A stretch of 64,000 bases of DNA. Origin: Lingula anatina. Taxonomy: Eukaryota > Animalia > Brachiopoda. The notes beneath the pieces are model-generated. The model was not told the origin of the DNA. It searched no databases and saw only the letters and a list, made by a program, of their open reading frames with translations. Position 1 is the first letter of the stretch; each line of letters starts with the position of its first letter. The stretch is taken from NCBI GenBank assembly GCA_051362555.1, contig CM120640.1, positions 37,157,967-37,221,966 on the forward strand, read 5' to 3'. Of the stretch, positions 37,780-51,900 are shown one piece after another. A program made the translations under genes and the position numbers.

Positions 37780-40131
37780 TTATTTCTCCAGATAATAAAT
37801 AAGAAAAAAAATTGTACACATGGAAACGATTGAACTGCCATGGAGTGGGGAGGCTGTGTTTGCAGCTTTTCTCTTGGAAGTTGCTGAAAGAAAAAAAGTA
37901 ATTGTTACTTATATCTCATTGCATTCTTTTTATTATGCTTTGAAAGAGAAAACGGTACACAGATAGTAGTAAGAATATTATAGAAATATTCATTAACATG
38001 AACGATAAACATTTTAAAGTTAGTTTAAACAGGCAATGAGAAAAAAACAGTAAATGCCATTTATTTAGATTTTAACAACACTAAGCTTTATGAACTAAGA
38101 TTATGTAAATTTGGTAAACAATAGATTAACATTTGCAGCACTTAAAAATTGGAATTATATCATATATATATAAACTTCTACCTTACCTTCATTTTCTTCA
38201 CTCTTAGGAACCGATTTCTTTTCTTGGTTGTCTTTGTGTCCAGGTTTTTCTGAACCATATGCAGTGTTATTGTTTCTGTCTTGTCTATTTTTTGCGACTT
38301 TTTCATCAGCCTGTGTGCTGTTACCCGGGCTTTCTGATGTCATTGGAGGAATGGTCATCTCCATTAGTGTAGGGTCATTTGTCTTGAGTTGACCGCAGCT
38401 GACTTTGATGTTAGACCCCACAACTGGAATAAAGAGTGTTGCAGGATTATAATGACTGCTGCAGATATTGGTGCAACGTGTGCTTTTAATGTGTGTATTT
38501 TTAAGAAAAAAAGGATATGTTGGTTCAGATGGGTTTTATTCAAACTTAATCACATATACCATAGTTGAAATGATTGCACTATGGCATACTTGCTGGCATT
38601 TCTAAAACAGTGATTCTGATAGACATAGAATTGCTTTTTTTCAGAGTGGATTTTGATGAAAAATGGGGAAAAAATGCCCCTTTAATCTATTTATTTATCC
38701 AACAATATGCTTAAGTCCAATGATACTGGATTACAACTATACGCACATCTGAAATGGAGCCAGAATCCTTTGAGTGTTCTGGTGAAATACTGGAATACTT
38801 GACTGCTGACATCGTTGGAGTCGGAGTAGAAATAAATCTCTGCCATACGACTGGGAACTCTGATTGTTGTATTAAAAATCTGGCCACATTTTCTCTCTTT
38901 CTCATCGCCATTCTTGACCATCATCCAGTCTGTGCACTCTCCATCTGCATCTCTCTCCAGTAGGAGTTCATATATTTCCAGTTCCACCCCGCTGTCCCCC
39001 CATGTTGCCTCTAGGGTGCATTTGCATGCATGTGATGGCCCATAGTGGTTGGGATAGTTTGGGGTGCGAATGTACCCTTCTGTAACCCATTTTTCATCAT
39101 TTGCACATATGTCGAACACTGATGTCCCTGAAAAGAAAAAACAAGGATTTTACTTTTTGTCTTGGGACTTTGGGAAATTTTTATTCGGTGTCCCTTTTAA
39201 ACATATATTACAACTGTTATGATGTTTTTTATTATTATTCATATCTTCTATTTTTCTTTTTTTTTTTTTTTTTCAGTTTCCTGTTTTAGTTCTCAATTTT
39301 TTTTTAGTTTTTAGTGTAGATTAGTACTGACTTTTATACAAAGATTTCTATAAGGAGTACACATTTAAAAATTAGTGCCATTAGAGGAAGTAAAACAATT
39401 TCTGTGTTGCACTCACTTGGTATGCACATGTACTCCAAATGGAGATAGTCGCTGTATGTATTTTGACAGTTTGGCATTGACGCCTGCATCACATAGGTGG
39501 TGCAGTTAACCATCCCCGTGCACTTGGTCCAGTCGTACGCCACCATGATGTCTTTGGACTCATCCGTGCAATCATCTGGGCAGTAGGTACACTTGATGTC
39601 ATCGCTGCCAGCCCTGTGACATTTGTCAAAGTTGTGGTTTGGCCATTTTCTTGGGGTAGTTTGTCCGTGGAATGCTCTCCTCATCAGGATCATCCCTGGC
39701 CCTCCCGGCTCGGCGCATGACATGGTCACCTGGGGTTTGCCCACTTTGAAGCACTGGCTGGCTCGCTTTAGCTCTTAAAAAAGATAAAAGAAGAAGTGAA
39801 AAAAGGAATGTTATAGGCATTCTTTTCAATGTTTTTTTTCTTTTCATGAAGTTAGTCTTATTTCTGTGTCTTATATTTCCTGTGAGATATTCAAGATAAA
39901 AGATTCTCTTTTTGGTTTATATTCTCAAGAGTATTCATCAATTTTTTATTTATAATAAGTCATGAATTGTCATGTAAAAATTTGGTTGCATTGATGGAAA
40001 ATATATTTGACACTCAATGTGCATATATACAAATTTACAAGGTGTAGATTGTACTTACCCAGTGCAAACCCCATTATTGGTGGCAAAAAATAGAAAAGCA
40101 GCACAGTTGAGACTCTGATGTCCATCTTCAT
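37780..40131 (-). CDS. Gene 7: SUEL-lectin + CUB protein, probably GPI-anchored, closest paralog of gene 6, ~383 aa, 5 coding exons
   Basis: Exons 40059-40131 (signal peptide MKMDIRVSTVLLFYFLPPIMGFAL), 39417-39773 (SUEL-like, 357 nt as in gene 6), 38747-39127 (CUB, 381 nt as in gene 6), 38187-38423 (IKVSC + stalk), 37780-37883 (ATSKRKAANTASPLHGSSIVSMCTIFFLIYYLEK*). Confidence 0.87.
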
Positions 40132-41144
40132 CTTTACATCAAACAATGCAGATAAGATCAGTGGAATCGCATGCATAAACCAAGTAAAAATATTGTTTGC
40201 ATTGACAGAGATACTCGTTTTTCAGGTAACCAATACAAGAATAGAAGGACTTGTGTCTTCTTCTATATTCAGACTGGTCTTTCTAGGGTGTGTCACATGT
40301 TACATATGTCGCAAGTCACAGATGTTGATAATTGCCAGCCACTTTTAACTTTAACCAGGTGACACACTTCGAAGGATGAAGCCATGGAGTGGTTCGGGTT
40401 GAAAATTAATTGTTTACAGGAACATGTTGAGTTTAAAATGACACAGCTGTTGAAGTAAACATTATTTTATTGTTTGTTTTTTTTTTTTACAAAAAAAGGA
40501 AAATTTCACAGTTGCAAATAGGCAGATTACAAACCACACTTCAGTGCACTTCAAACTGATCACAGCTACATGTGGGGTGTGCTTACATGTGATTTTTTAT
40601 ATTATTTCATTTATAATTTTCTTTGTAAGAAAAATTGAGAAACCAACTGCCACCTGCACTAAAATTGCCTGTGCACGACTCAATTATTTACAAACTGCTT
40701 CGACAAAAAGTGTATTATATTAATGTGAGGATAATGTGTGTAAAGGTATATACTGTAACAGTTAAAATTATTATACTCAAATCGGGGTTAAAAGTATGTG
40801 TTGCATATTTGAAATTACGATTTTTTTTATAACTTATTGGTAAGCAGTTACATGTACCATCTGTTTTTCAATATCGTATTCCTTTTTCTCAACAATTTTG
40901 GAATGTGCAAGTCTATATCACAGATTATGATTGCACTCTTTTTTTAGCCCAATATACATTAGAGCTCAGCAGTTAATACTGTTTCAGGTAGATGCCATTT
41001 TGCATGAAAGTAAGAGTTATTTACAAATATTTTGCTATCTGTGCTACATGTGCTAAGTTTTGAAATTGTATATAAATACTTGATTGGCACTTGATGAGAT
41101 TGTTCTTGGACAGTTATATTCAATAGTCTGTCAGAAAATGTGAT

Positions 41145-44100
41145 TTAGTCTGAGTTAGGATTAAGCCAGTCAAAGTCTGATTTGGGACTGTTTGATTTTT
41201 TCACTGATGGTCTTTTGTTTTGGAAAGCTCCTTCACTTCTTCTCCATTCCCCCTTCTCAAATATGGTATCCTCAAAGTGAACTTTCATAGCAGGAGGTGT
41301 AGAGGATTGTGGCACATCTGAAACGGACACTCGTCTGGGCTGGATTTGTACGTTTGGCATCTCAAGATCCTCGAGAAATGCCTGGTTGTTAAAAGCATGA
41401 AGAGCAACACTCTCATACTGGTTGCCCCTTTGGGGTTTCAGTTGCAGGGTTTCGTCATCTGCTTGGTATTTTCTTCTTTGTCCAGTCAGTTTGATTGGCA
41501 TGGACCTGCTGTCTGTATTCCCACTGGGACTCATGTCTTGGTCATCATTTGTGTCTGGGATATTGTCAAATTTCTCAAACCTCTGGCTCAACTGCTGCTG
41601 CCTACGAGTTTGTCTTTTTTCAATATGTCTGAAAAATAAGGGCTTTTTAGAACAGGTGTCTATATCTGTTACACTGTTACATTTATCATATTCTTATCAA
41701 TGCCTATTCTTTTATAACAAATACCCCCCCCCCCCCCCCCCGAGAAAAAAAATTAGGTTATAATCTTTAGCTACAAAGCATGTTTCCTATAATCCTATTA
41801 TTAATTTTTTTTGCAGTTCTTGTAATGAATGTTTGCATGGCTCATCCATCACATATGGTTTTGTGTGTGTTTGTTTATTTTACTGCTGTATATGGAAAAT
41901 ATTAGAAATATGCTTGTAAATTACCTTCTCCTAAAGTAGATAAGAGTAATAGCAAGGAAAAATATCACAACTGCACTGGCAAATGCAATGCCAATCAGCC
42001 AGCCTGAAAAAAACAGAAAAACCATATTTAGAGTCAACTTGAAAAGTGAGTCCATGTTGTTAAGATGTTTTCAGATGTCATTTTGTTTTATTCTTACTAA
42101 AATATACAAGCTAAATCAGTCATATATAAATACAGGAGTGAAATAAGAAAAATCGTTTGCTGGCTACAAATTTCATAAATTCTGCTTTAATTTAAATGCC
42201 ACATCTCTTTTGCAATGACTGGATTCAGAGGATAATTCAGGTACAAAGATGCAGATACAAAGATAAGTTATTGTTAACAAAACTGCAAAATTAAGTACTT
42301 ATCATAGCCATTGCCATACCTGCATTTTTGAAGGCCACTTCTTTTGGTGTTAATTTGTGTTCAGGTTGGTATGGAACAACCTTGGTTGCAGTAGTTGTGC
42401 TGCTGGGAGCAATTGTGCTAGACTCTGTCATTGATGTAGTGGTTTTATGGGAACATGTCAGGTTTATTGAAGATGGATCTAGAATGAAGAAATGCTCATT
42501 TTGTGGCATATTTATAATGGTATATAAATAGATAAGATATTTGAACGTGGTATTAAAACAGTAGTAAAATTGATTTCATGAGAATTGTAAATAATTTTTT
42601 TGTGTGTGTGAGCACACAAACAGTTTTCATATAACAGTTTTGGCATATGTTATTACACAACACATTCATTTGTGGGTATACTGAATTCAAAATTTTGTGT
42701 ATTTTAAAAATAAAGTAATTAGTCATTTACCTTGGATTTTTATCCAGAGTCTACCATATGGGTTAGAAATGGCGTTAGAAGAACTTTGGAAAGTTCTGTT
42801 TCCAAAAGGAATATTCCACGCTGGAGACGCACTGCATATGTCATAGGTGGCATTCCCTGAGTAGAGCTGAACGAGGCCTTGGCAATGACTTAGCAAAACA
42901 GTGATGTTGACACTTGCTGTGGATGTCAGATGACACTGACAGTTGCTGTTGTTGTTACTAATGGGGAATTGTTCACTGAACATGTAATCTGTTGGAGCTG
43001 TTGGTGAACAAAATGAGCTGGCAGTTTTGGCTGAAAGCAGTAAAATATGAGTAACAGTAGATGACAGCATTGTGTTAGATGAATGACGTTAAGGTGAAAA
43101 TTGCCATACAATATTCTGAGGACTTGCATTAAGGAACAAAAAAATGTATATTAATTTCTTGCTTTCATTGTATTTATTTATTTTGTTCAAGCAAAAGTAT
43201 ATGAAAAATGGGAATGGAGAGCAATGTCCTGACTATTATCTTTTTATTGAGATTAACAAAAATAATGTTATTTTATCACATGCCCATTGTTAATTAAAGG
43301 AAAACATGGGCATATGAAAGACTTCTTACCAGGTATGCATTCATAGCTTGCTGTAAGTGAGGTTTGAGGAGTGGTCTGGTTGATGTTGTACCCACAACTC
43401 TTGTTGGTCAACTGAAAGGTACAGTTGGTCAGTCCAGTACAGATGGACACCAGGTCGGACATAATGTGAGGACGGTCACATTGAGAAGAATCACACTGTG
43501 CTGTGGTGTAATTGTCTGCCTGATTGAGTAGTCTCACAGATTGAATGTGGATCCATGTGTCTTCCTCACATTGGAGGTGGACTGTATTTCCAGTGAGACA
43601 TGTCTCTGCTGCTGATTTAAGCTGGCTTATACCTATGAAAAACAGGTTTAACTAGATTAGATAAACTCTAAAAATGTATGTATTAAGTGACTTGATGTTG
43701 TATTCACCTCATCTAAAACATTAAAGGTGCTGCATAAGTAAAACTTGCTTATCTGAGGGTTGTTTTAATAGGTCATGAAACATAAGTAAAGTTCACATTT
43801 CTTTCAAAGCAAGTAAAAAAGTCGAATTCAAGGCAGGTGTTTCAAGAATAAAAGGATTTAAAATCATTAAGTTATCTGTTAGTTTAAAGTCCAACTTACA
43901 CTCAGTTGTCTAGCTGTATAAATGCACGTAATATTATACATTAAGGCTAACTTCTGCATTTTAGTTATAAATATCTCCTCATTTTAAATAGTTATCCCTA
44001 CACTAAAATAATAGCGACATTTTGCGCTTTCCTCATACTAAGCAATAAAAGTTATGACCAACCAAGTCAGTTGCAACAGTGAGTACAGGGTGTTCAGGAA

Positions 44101-44370
44101 CTCTTATTTAAAACCCTCTAAATTAAAAATGAAATAAAAGTTTGTCACCACTGCAATTAGACTGACACACCATGTTGAACATTTACGTTTAAAAAGCTTA
44201 AAGTAATGTGTGACAGCTAAGAAAGTAAAGCAATTAATTCTTTTGAAATTAAATTTAATTTGTTGTGTATAAATTTCTTGACACTTACCTTGTACTCCTC
44301 TCCCACTGATGACAATGACAGTCACCAACATCAGAACAGCATGTAAAATACACAATGAGTGGTTACTCAT
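41145..44370 (-). CDS. Gene 8: divergent SUEL-lectin + shortened CUB type I membrane protein with a long cytoplasmic tail, ~468 aa, 6 coding exons
   Basis: Exons 44289-44370 (signal peptide MSNHSLCILHAVLMLVTVIVISGRG), 43330-43632 (SUEL-like, ..CTGLTNC..LTASYECIP), 42731-43030 (degenerate CUB, YMFSEQFP..CQC..GRLWIKI), 42320-42478 (INLTC + Thr-rich), 41925-42003 (TM WLIGIAFASAVVIFFLAITLIYF-RRR), 41145-41628 (tail). Confidence 0.85.
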
Positions 44371-45905
44371 GTTAAATGCAGAAATAAATCACCCTTGAAA
44401 CTTAAATTTATCCTCTGTCTATACTAACGGCAGCCATAAAATGGTGGCCAGCCCTGGTACAGGTACCTGTTCAATGTTCAATGTACAAGTCAAACAAAAC
44501 AAAATATTGATTTTGATCACGTGACTGTGGTTCATAATGAGAGGTCCTTGAGAGCACTCTGTGTAACTAATCAACCGTAAATACCAGGCCTCGTTTCTGC
44601 ACACACTGTGCTGTTCTTCCATTGTTCTAAAAATCAATTGTGAACTACAGAAGTTTTCCACTGTGCTGCCATCTACTGGTATTTGAACCTGATTATGATT
44701 GTAAACCTGGGGATTTTACTGAAGAACAATTTTTATGAAGAAGATTTTTCTGCCTGTACTTAAGCATATGTATGTGCATATGTCACAGAATGTTCAACAT
44801 CTGAACCAGTATTCAAAACATAATCATTAATGATGTTGTATAATGTTTTTCATTTCATTTATAAAAGCTGTTGCAATGCATTTGGATAATCTACTCACAA
44901 AAAGTTTTCTTTTTATTTTAGTCACACACACAACTTGTTCGTAGATTCAAGATGTTTCTGATGATATTGTTTTTAAATTGGATCAGTCGTGATTTTGGTG
45001 AAAATAAGAAGCACGGAAAGAAAAAATGATTTGTAAAATATGAACTCTTCACACTTGAAATTTTTTCACATTCGATTAAATTTTTTGAAAATTGCTTTTC
45101 TTTAAAAGATGCTTGAATATGGTAATAAGTGGAATTGTTTCTTTAAAATTTTTACATAATTATGAGCTGTAAATAATAGAATTCAAGCATGGAACTGTGT
45201 AGATTTTTACATATTTTGTATGTATTATGCAATCAAATTACTGGGATACTGTGGCTGTAACAGAAAGATGGTAAGTTGCAGAAAGTTCATATGAAATTGT
45301 TAGATACTGAATACCAGCAGCATCCAACATCCTTCCAAAATATACAGGTGCCATTTGTAATATTTTTAGGTGTTTGTTTTTCAAATTAATGGATGGTCTG
45401 TAAAAAAAATGGATTATATTTAATTTGACCCAGCTATGTTAAATCTATAGAATATCAAGATCAAACAAGTATATATCTGAATTAATCCATTTTTTCCACT
45501 TATTGTGAAAGAACTAAGCTCTATATCCTCATTTAAGTAGACTGTTACAGGTTTAAAGTGTCAAAGCAAACAAAAATTTCCATCCTTTCCCTTTTTTGTG
45601 TGTGCATTTGTGTGCGAAAGAATCCCAGCAGTGATATATATCATATTTCCATAGTAAAAATGGTGAAACCAAGTATTTTTATCAGATAGAAGTAATACAA
45701 ACCTTTGATAGTATACTTCAAAATGCATTTATTGAATAGAATACTTTTTTACCTTTGTCAAAAAGGCATAACACCATATTAAGAAAACATAACACACACT
45801 GTACAACCTTCTAAGTACAAAAATGTTTTTTTTTCTTATTAATAAGCAAGTCCTCATAATTTCTCAGGTGTAATGTTCTAGATGAAGCAGGAAACATCCT
45901 TATTA

Positions 45906-48900
45906 CTATCTAAAGGCAGGGTTTTTATATCCCCTGATGTTTTGACTGCTGTTAATAGATCTTGGCCTGTTCATTGAATTACTGCTTTGTGTTCTGCTAG
46001 GGGGCCCTCCATTCCTTCCCTGGTTGTACTTGTATCTGCCCATAGGTTTTTCCTGTAGATGGTGTGATTTTCCAGGCAGTGGCATGGTATTACTGCCATG
46101 GTGTTGAATTGGGTTGGAGTAGTTGACTTTGTTACTGTTGCTGTAGGTACTTGAAACGCTGTCGCGCTGGCCTCTCTGAGCTGAGGCACGGAGACTGCGG
46201 TGGCGATCTCTCTGCTCTCTGTGATTTCTTTAAAAAGAGAAGAAATATACTGTATTCTACAACCTTGCTATTAATGTTTACATTACATCTGAGCCTAGCT
46301 GCCTTCTGTCATTGATTAATAAAAAATGACCTAGAAAAGACTTTACACAGAATCAGAGACAATCCAAGTTAATGAATTTGTGACAGTTTTTGAGAAACTA
46401 AACCCTGACTTATTAAAATATGGGCTCTAACTGATTTGACTGTAAAAATTGATTTTCAATTTCAAATTACACAAAAAGATGATGATTAAAAGATTAAATG
46501 TGTGTTATCTTCATATTATTTTCAAAAGAATATGTCCCGAATTTTGATGCCACGAAACATTAAAAACACTGTAAAAGATTCTGACAAATTTTATAATTTG
46601 TCAAGGTAAAAATAATCACTTTCATTTATTCTCAGAGAAATTAACTCACTTTGCTTTAAGGCAAATTCCCACTATAATCCCCACAATCAAGACCAGGACT
46701 GCCAGACCACCCAATACAATACCTGAAATGAATGTTTACATTCCAATTTAGGTTGTAGTAGTAGTAGTAGTAGAAGTGCTGATGATTAAATTTACTTAGA
46801 AGAACAGAAGCTTAATCTTGGCTATATAGAATACTAAGCATTTTAGGTACCAGTCATAAATTATAGATTACACATGCATTATCACACAATGAATCAAGGA
46901 GATTTGTAAAAGAAATTATTGACATTTGCAATTGAAAATGAGCAAATAAATGCGCTATGGTCCTTTTTTCTGTAGAATATTTAATATAGTAATATGTTAA
47001 CTGATGAATTTGAAAACATACCCATATTAATATTAGGATCTTCAATGAATGTAGCTTGGGTCGTTGTAGAGTGTTCTGATACGTTGATGGAAACCGCTTC
47101 GTTTATTTCATTTAGTATGATGCCGATTTCTACTGTGTTTGTTGGTTGCACATCTGTAGTTGTTCTTGGTGTTATCATGTCATCAGATTTGTACACGTTT
47201 GGTCTTTGGGAAGGAGAGACAGGATAGGGTGTAGAAGAAGCATCAAAAGTTCTCATTTTGGTGGTGGTGGTGCTAGGTGTAGTTAGTGTTGTGGATGAAG
47301 TGGTGGTAGTGGTGCGCCTTGTGGTGCTTCTTATGGTTGTGGTAGAAGTTGTAGTAGTAGTAGTGGTGGGAGGAGGAGTTGTAGTAAGTTTGACTGTTGT
47401 AGTACGAGTTGTAGTTGTTGTGGTGGCAGGAGTTGTAGTAGTAGTAGTAGTGGTAGTTGGAATTGTAGTTGTAGTTGGTGTTGTGGCTGAAGTTGTAGTT
47501 GTTGTTACTGGGATGCTTGAAGTACAGTTCACTGTCACAGGACCATTCCTGGCTGTAAATATAAAATAATATAAATATTAACCAGGATGTTCTTTACCAT
47601 GCAACATAGTATTTTGGATTACGTGTTAACATATCTTTTTATATTGGGTCACTGCGCACAAGGATTTCATATATTACATTAAATATATAGTTTATTATGA
47701 GCATAGAAAAAATTTTAGATGGAACAAACGAAAATTGGACAATATATTTTTATGATAAAAGCATTTGGTAATTTCCTTACCATTATAATGAAGCTAAAAT
47801 CTATGAATGGACAATTACATTTCTATGATAAAAGCAATCTGTAATTTTCTCACCTTTATAATGAAGCCAGAATCTCCCTGCATCCTTCTGAACAGTATTG
47901 ACAAAAGTGATGTTGACCTGTCCACCAGCAACTTCATACATCATGACATTACTTCTTTTGTCACAAGAATAAACACTGGTGGACCTGCTGTGGCTGTTTA
48001 CTATGAGTTGCTGCTGATGCTCACACCCTAACTCGTCGTACATGTGGAGCTCAATAGCCGATATGCTGACGCCATTGTTGGGCTCTGCGGTAATTGCACA
48101 TGTGCATTTGCGAAAGTCGTTGCCTAGTACAGACCGTGGGTAGTTTTCACTGAGAATGTGGCCATCGTCTAATATACGGTCTCCCTCCTCACACATAGTA
48201 TTTGTAATACTCACTGCAAGTATAACAATACAGAAATATAAGATTGTGTAGTGATGGCATCAGGCATTGATTAGATTATAAATATTTTTATGTTTCTTTT
48301 CTACCAAATCTAAATATAATAATGATGATGAGGAGGAGGAGGAGGAGAAGGAGGAGGAGGAGGATGGGAGCATTTATTAAATGATGAATTATTTATTGCA
48401 TGTTATGATGGACAAAAGGAGCAATTACTAAAATGATGAATTATTATTTCATTTTATCAACATTAATTAAACAATCTCCTAACAGAAGAAAAAAAGATAC
48501 AAGGCACACATTTCATCCAGGAATTTCTACTGACCTGGTATACATTCATAGGTGATGTTGACATAGTTGCTGGACAAAAATTGACTTCCGCACATGCCCT
48601 GGACCCTGTTCACAGGCACATTACACTCCCTGTTCCCGAGACAATCCCCAACCATGTTTCTGTACACCCCTGGGGTCCTGACAGCCAGGGGGACGGTGCA
48701 GTCTGTATCCCTGGGGCAGCACCTGTGGGGGCAGGAGAGGTCAGGGGCACGACCATAGATGGCGTCATGGATCCTTATGTGAGTGCCGACATCACAGAAA
48801 AGCGTGATGTGGCCAGGCAGCACGCCATGGCACATGGACACAGTTGTCTTCAATACTGAATTGAATGCAGACCAATGAAAGTATAAGAAGTATTGTTCTT

Positions 48901-51900
48901 GCATATTGGTTAATGTATTGTCTCAAGGCAGCATGATTAATTTTCACAATAAAAATACCTGTTGATATTATTTCTGATAAAAAGTTATAATGAAATCGAA
49001 CTGCCAAGCTTTGAATATTTTCATGCTCTGATCACACTTTAAATTTAAGCTAATATATGCGTCAGTCGCAAAGAAAAAAATGAGATGTATTGTTTAGCAA
49101 AGTATAAAATGGCATATTTGTTTGGTTTCCTGATGAAGAAAATTAATTTGTAATACATACCTTTGACACATTCATAGACTACATGCATGTAGTTGCTATA
49201 GCCTCCACCAAATGCACACTTGACTCCCCACATTGGTCCCTGCTCAACCAACACAACACAGTGACTCTGACCTGAGCACTGCTCAACCAACTGCTCATAG
49301 GATTCTGGTCGGCTCTTTTCCACATGAACTTGACAGTCCGATTCTTTTGGACAACAGATGTCACCACAGCTGCTTCCGTAACTTCTCCCATAAAATGCAC
49401 TGATAATCCTGATAAAAGTTTTCGGCTCTGGGCAGCTCAGTTCCATGTGTGGAGGAATTTTTCCAAAGCATCTTCCCTGAAGTTGGTAATTAGGGTTGGT
49501 TGCCAGAACCTTGTAGGAAGTCAAGAAGTCATCTTGCCCTGTAGTATCGCCCCCTCCATATTGTCGTCTACGGCTGGTGTCAGAAGCTGTGTCTGTTGGG
49601 CGTGGGGTATTGTTTTCATCTGGATTTCTATATCTGTAGGGCTGTGTGACCTTTTGTGTAGTAGGTATGGTTGTTGCTCCAGGTTTTGGGGTGGTGACTC
49701 CCACTGGTTCAGTGCAGTTCAGTGTGACATTTCCAGAAGAGGCTGGAAGTGTTAGCAACACAAAATGATCATTTGTCAAACGTATTATTATTTTTATGTG
49801 TAGACTGTGCCTTAATTTATGTGTACCTTTGTGTGAATGTGCGTGTGTGTACCTATGTGACTTTAAGCATTCAAAAGGTAGTTACCTAATATGAGGTTTT
49901 ATATTATTTCGGTGCATTTGTATTTTCCCTTACCTGTGTACTCTAACCAGAATTGACCGACATTTCCAAGTAAAGTGTTCAGGAAAGTCACATTGACTTG
50001 ATTGCGTGTGGAGTTGTACATCCAGAAATCTACTCTGTGTTCACATGAGAAGCTGCTAGAGGGCTTTCTTTGCTCTTCAAATGTCAGCGTTTGCAGGTCT
50101 TGACACCGCGTGCCATTGTAAGGACTAAAGTCAATGGCGCGGACAGCTATGGTGGCAGCAGGTGGGGCAGTGAGAACACATTTACATTGGCGGAGGTTAT
50201 TCCCTGGGATCTTTGTAGGGTACTTCTCACTCATGATGTAGCCTTGATCTAGCATGTTGTCTTCTTTGGTGCAGAAGTCGTTAACAATACTCACTAGATT
50301 ATAAAGAAAACCAAATGAATGATTGAGGATGTGTGAATTTTTTTTCTTTTTTATTAAGATTAACTCGAAAAAGGTATCAAGTTGAGAGAAATTGTTTTAA
50401 TGGGAAATTGGAAATAGAAAGAAGTTCTGATGTGGGGAATGTATTATTTTTGGCTGAATATTGAAAAATCATTTGATAGATTAACTTCACATAACCTGAG
50501 GCTGCTATTTAGTTGTGCAGGGTCATGTAAAAGAACTTATTTATACACGAAATTTGCAATTGTTTTTCTTTTAATTATGGATAATGCAGTGGTTATCTTT
50601 TAAAAAAAACCTATAATCTAGATGACCACACTAAATTTCAAGCAGTGACATTAATTTTATTAATATTGTACTGAATGGCATAGATAAGCCTTTTCACAGT
50701 TTCAGTTGGTACCAATATGGTCATGACTTACCTGGGACACACTGGTAGGTGATGTTCATGTAGTTACTGTTGTAGAACTCGCTTCCACAGGTCCCGTGCA
50801 GCCGTTCCACAGGTATACTACACTGTGTTCTACCCAAACACTGACCCAGTATGGCAGTATACAGGCCAGGATTTCTGGTGCGCACTTTCTCTGCACAGTC
50901 ATCCTCTCGAGGACAACAGCGGCGAGGGCACGGTTTGTAGTCGCTTCTTCCAAATATGGCATCTCTAATATGGATGTAGGTACCAATGTCGCAGAACAGG
51001 TTCATCTCTGGAGGATACTCACCATAGCACTTAGAGATGGTTGTGACCTTGGCTGTAAGAAGTTAATTAAAGTTAAAGAAGTGAGGGTTTATAACATTTT
51101 AGTTAATGAGATGTTTTTGCGATTGTTAACATTTGCAATGATTTTAAATAAGAAATCTATTAGTGTAATAGAACTATTAATTTACTTCTTGTGCCAGATT
51201 ATCCCATATTTTCCTACTTATTTAAAATCGTGTACAGTTCTTTGTTTAAAGTTATATTCTTCACAGAACCTTTGACACATTGGTAAGCAACCATAAGATA
51301 ATTGCTGTATTTCCCTCTGCCACACTCTGCAGTCCATAGTTCCCCTTGCTCTACCAATACAATACAGTGCGTCTGACCAGAACACTGGTCAACTATCTGT
51401 TTATAGGACTCGGGACGGCTAGCATTCACATGGACTTGGCAGTCATTATTGCTGGGGCAACAGATGTCATTGCATCGGTCATTTGTGTTCAGTCCATACA
51501 CTGCAGCTTGAATCTTAATAAAAGTTTTTGGTTCTGAACATGTGAGTTCCATGTGCGGTGGACTCTTTCCAAAACAGCGAGATTGGTACCTCCAGGGTTC
51601 TTCCTGGCTTTGGTCACCAGTGTCGCCACCTTTTGTGTTGGGATCCGGTACTATAAGGATAGATCTGATGCTGGAGCCAGGGTCAACTTTCACCATAGGC
51701 TGTGTCACTGGTGGGGTGAGGGTGGTTGTGGTGGTAATGGAGATTGCAGAGGTGCAGTTGACTATCACAGTCCCCCAGGATGCTGAAAATTTAACCAATG
51801 AGGAGTCTTGTTACCTCAGAATCACCAATGTCACTATGTTTAAAGATTGCATCTTTGGTCGACACATCTACCGGTAGATAGCAGCTTACAAAACAAAGTG

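Noticed and set aside
45971-46189. ORF-track 72-aa ORF MPQLREASATAF...
   Set aside because: Wrong frame. The phase-2 donor of the TM exon gives a longer frame ending GYKNPAFR* at 45906.
47258-47569. Plus-strand poly-Val ORF
   Set aside because: Antisense shadow of gene 9's poly-Thr exon.
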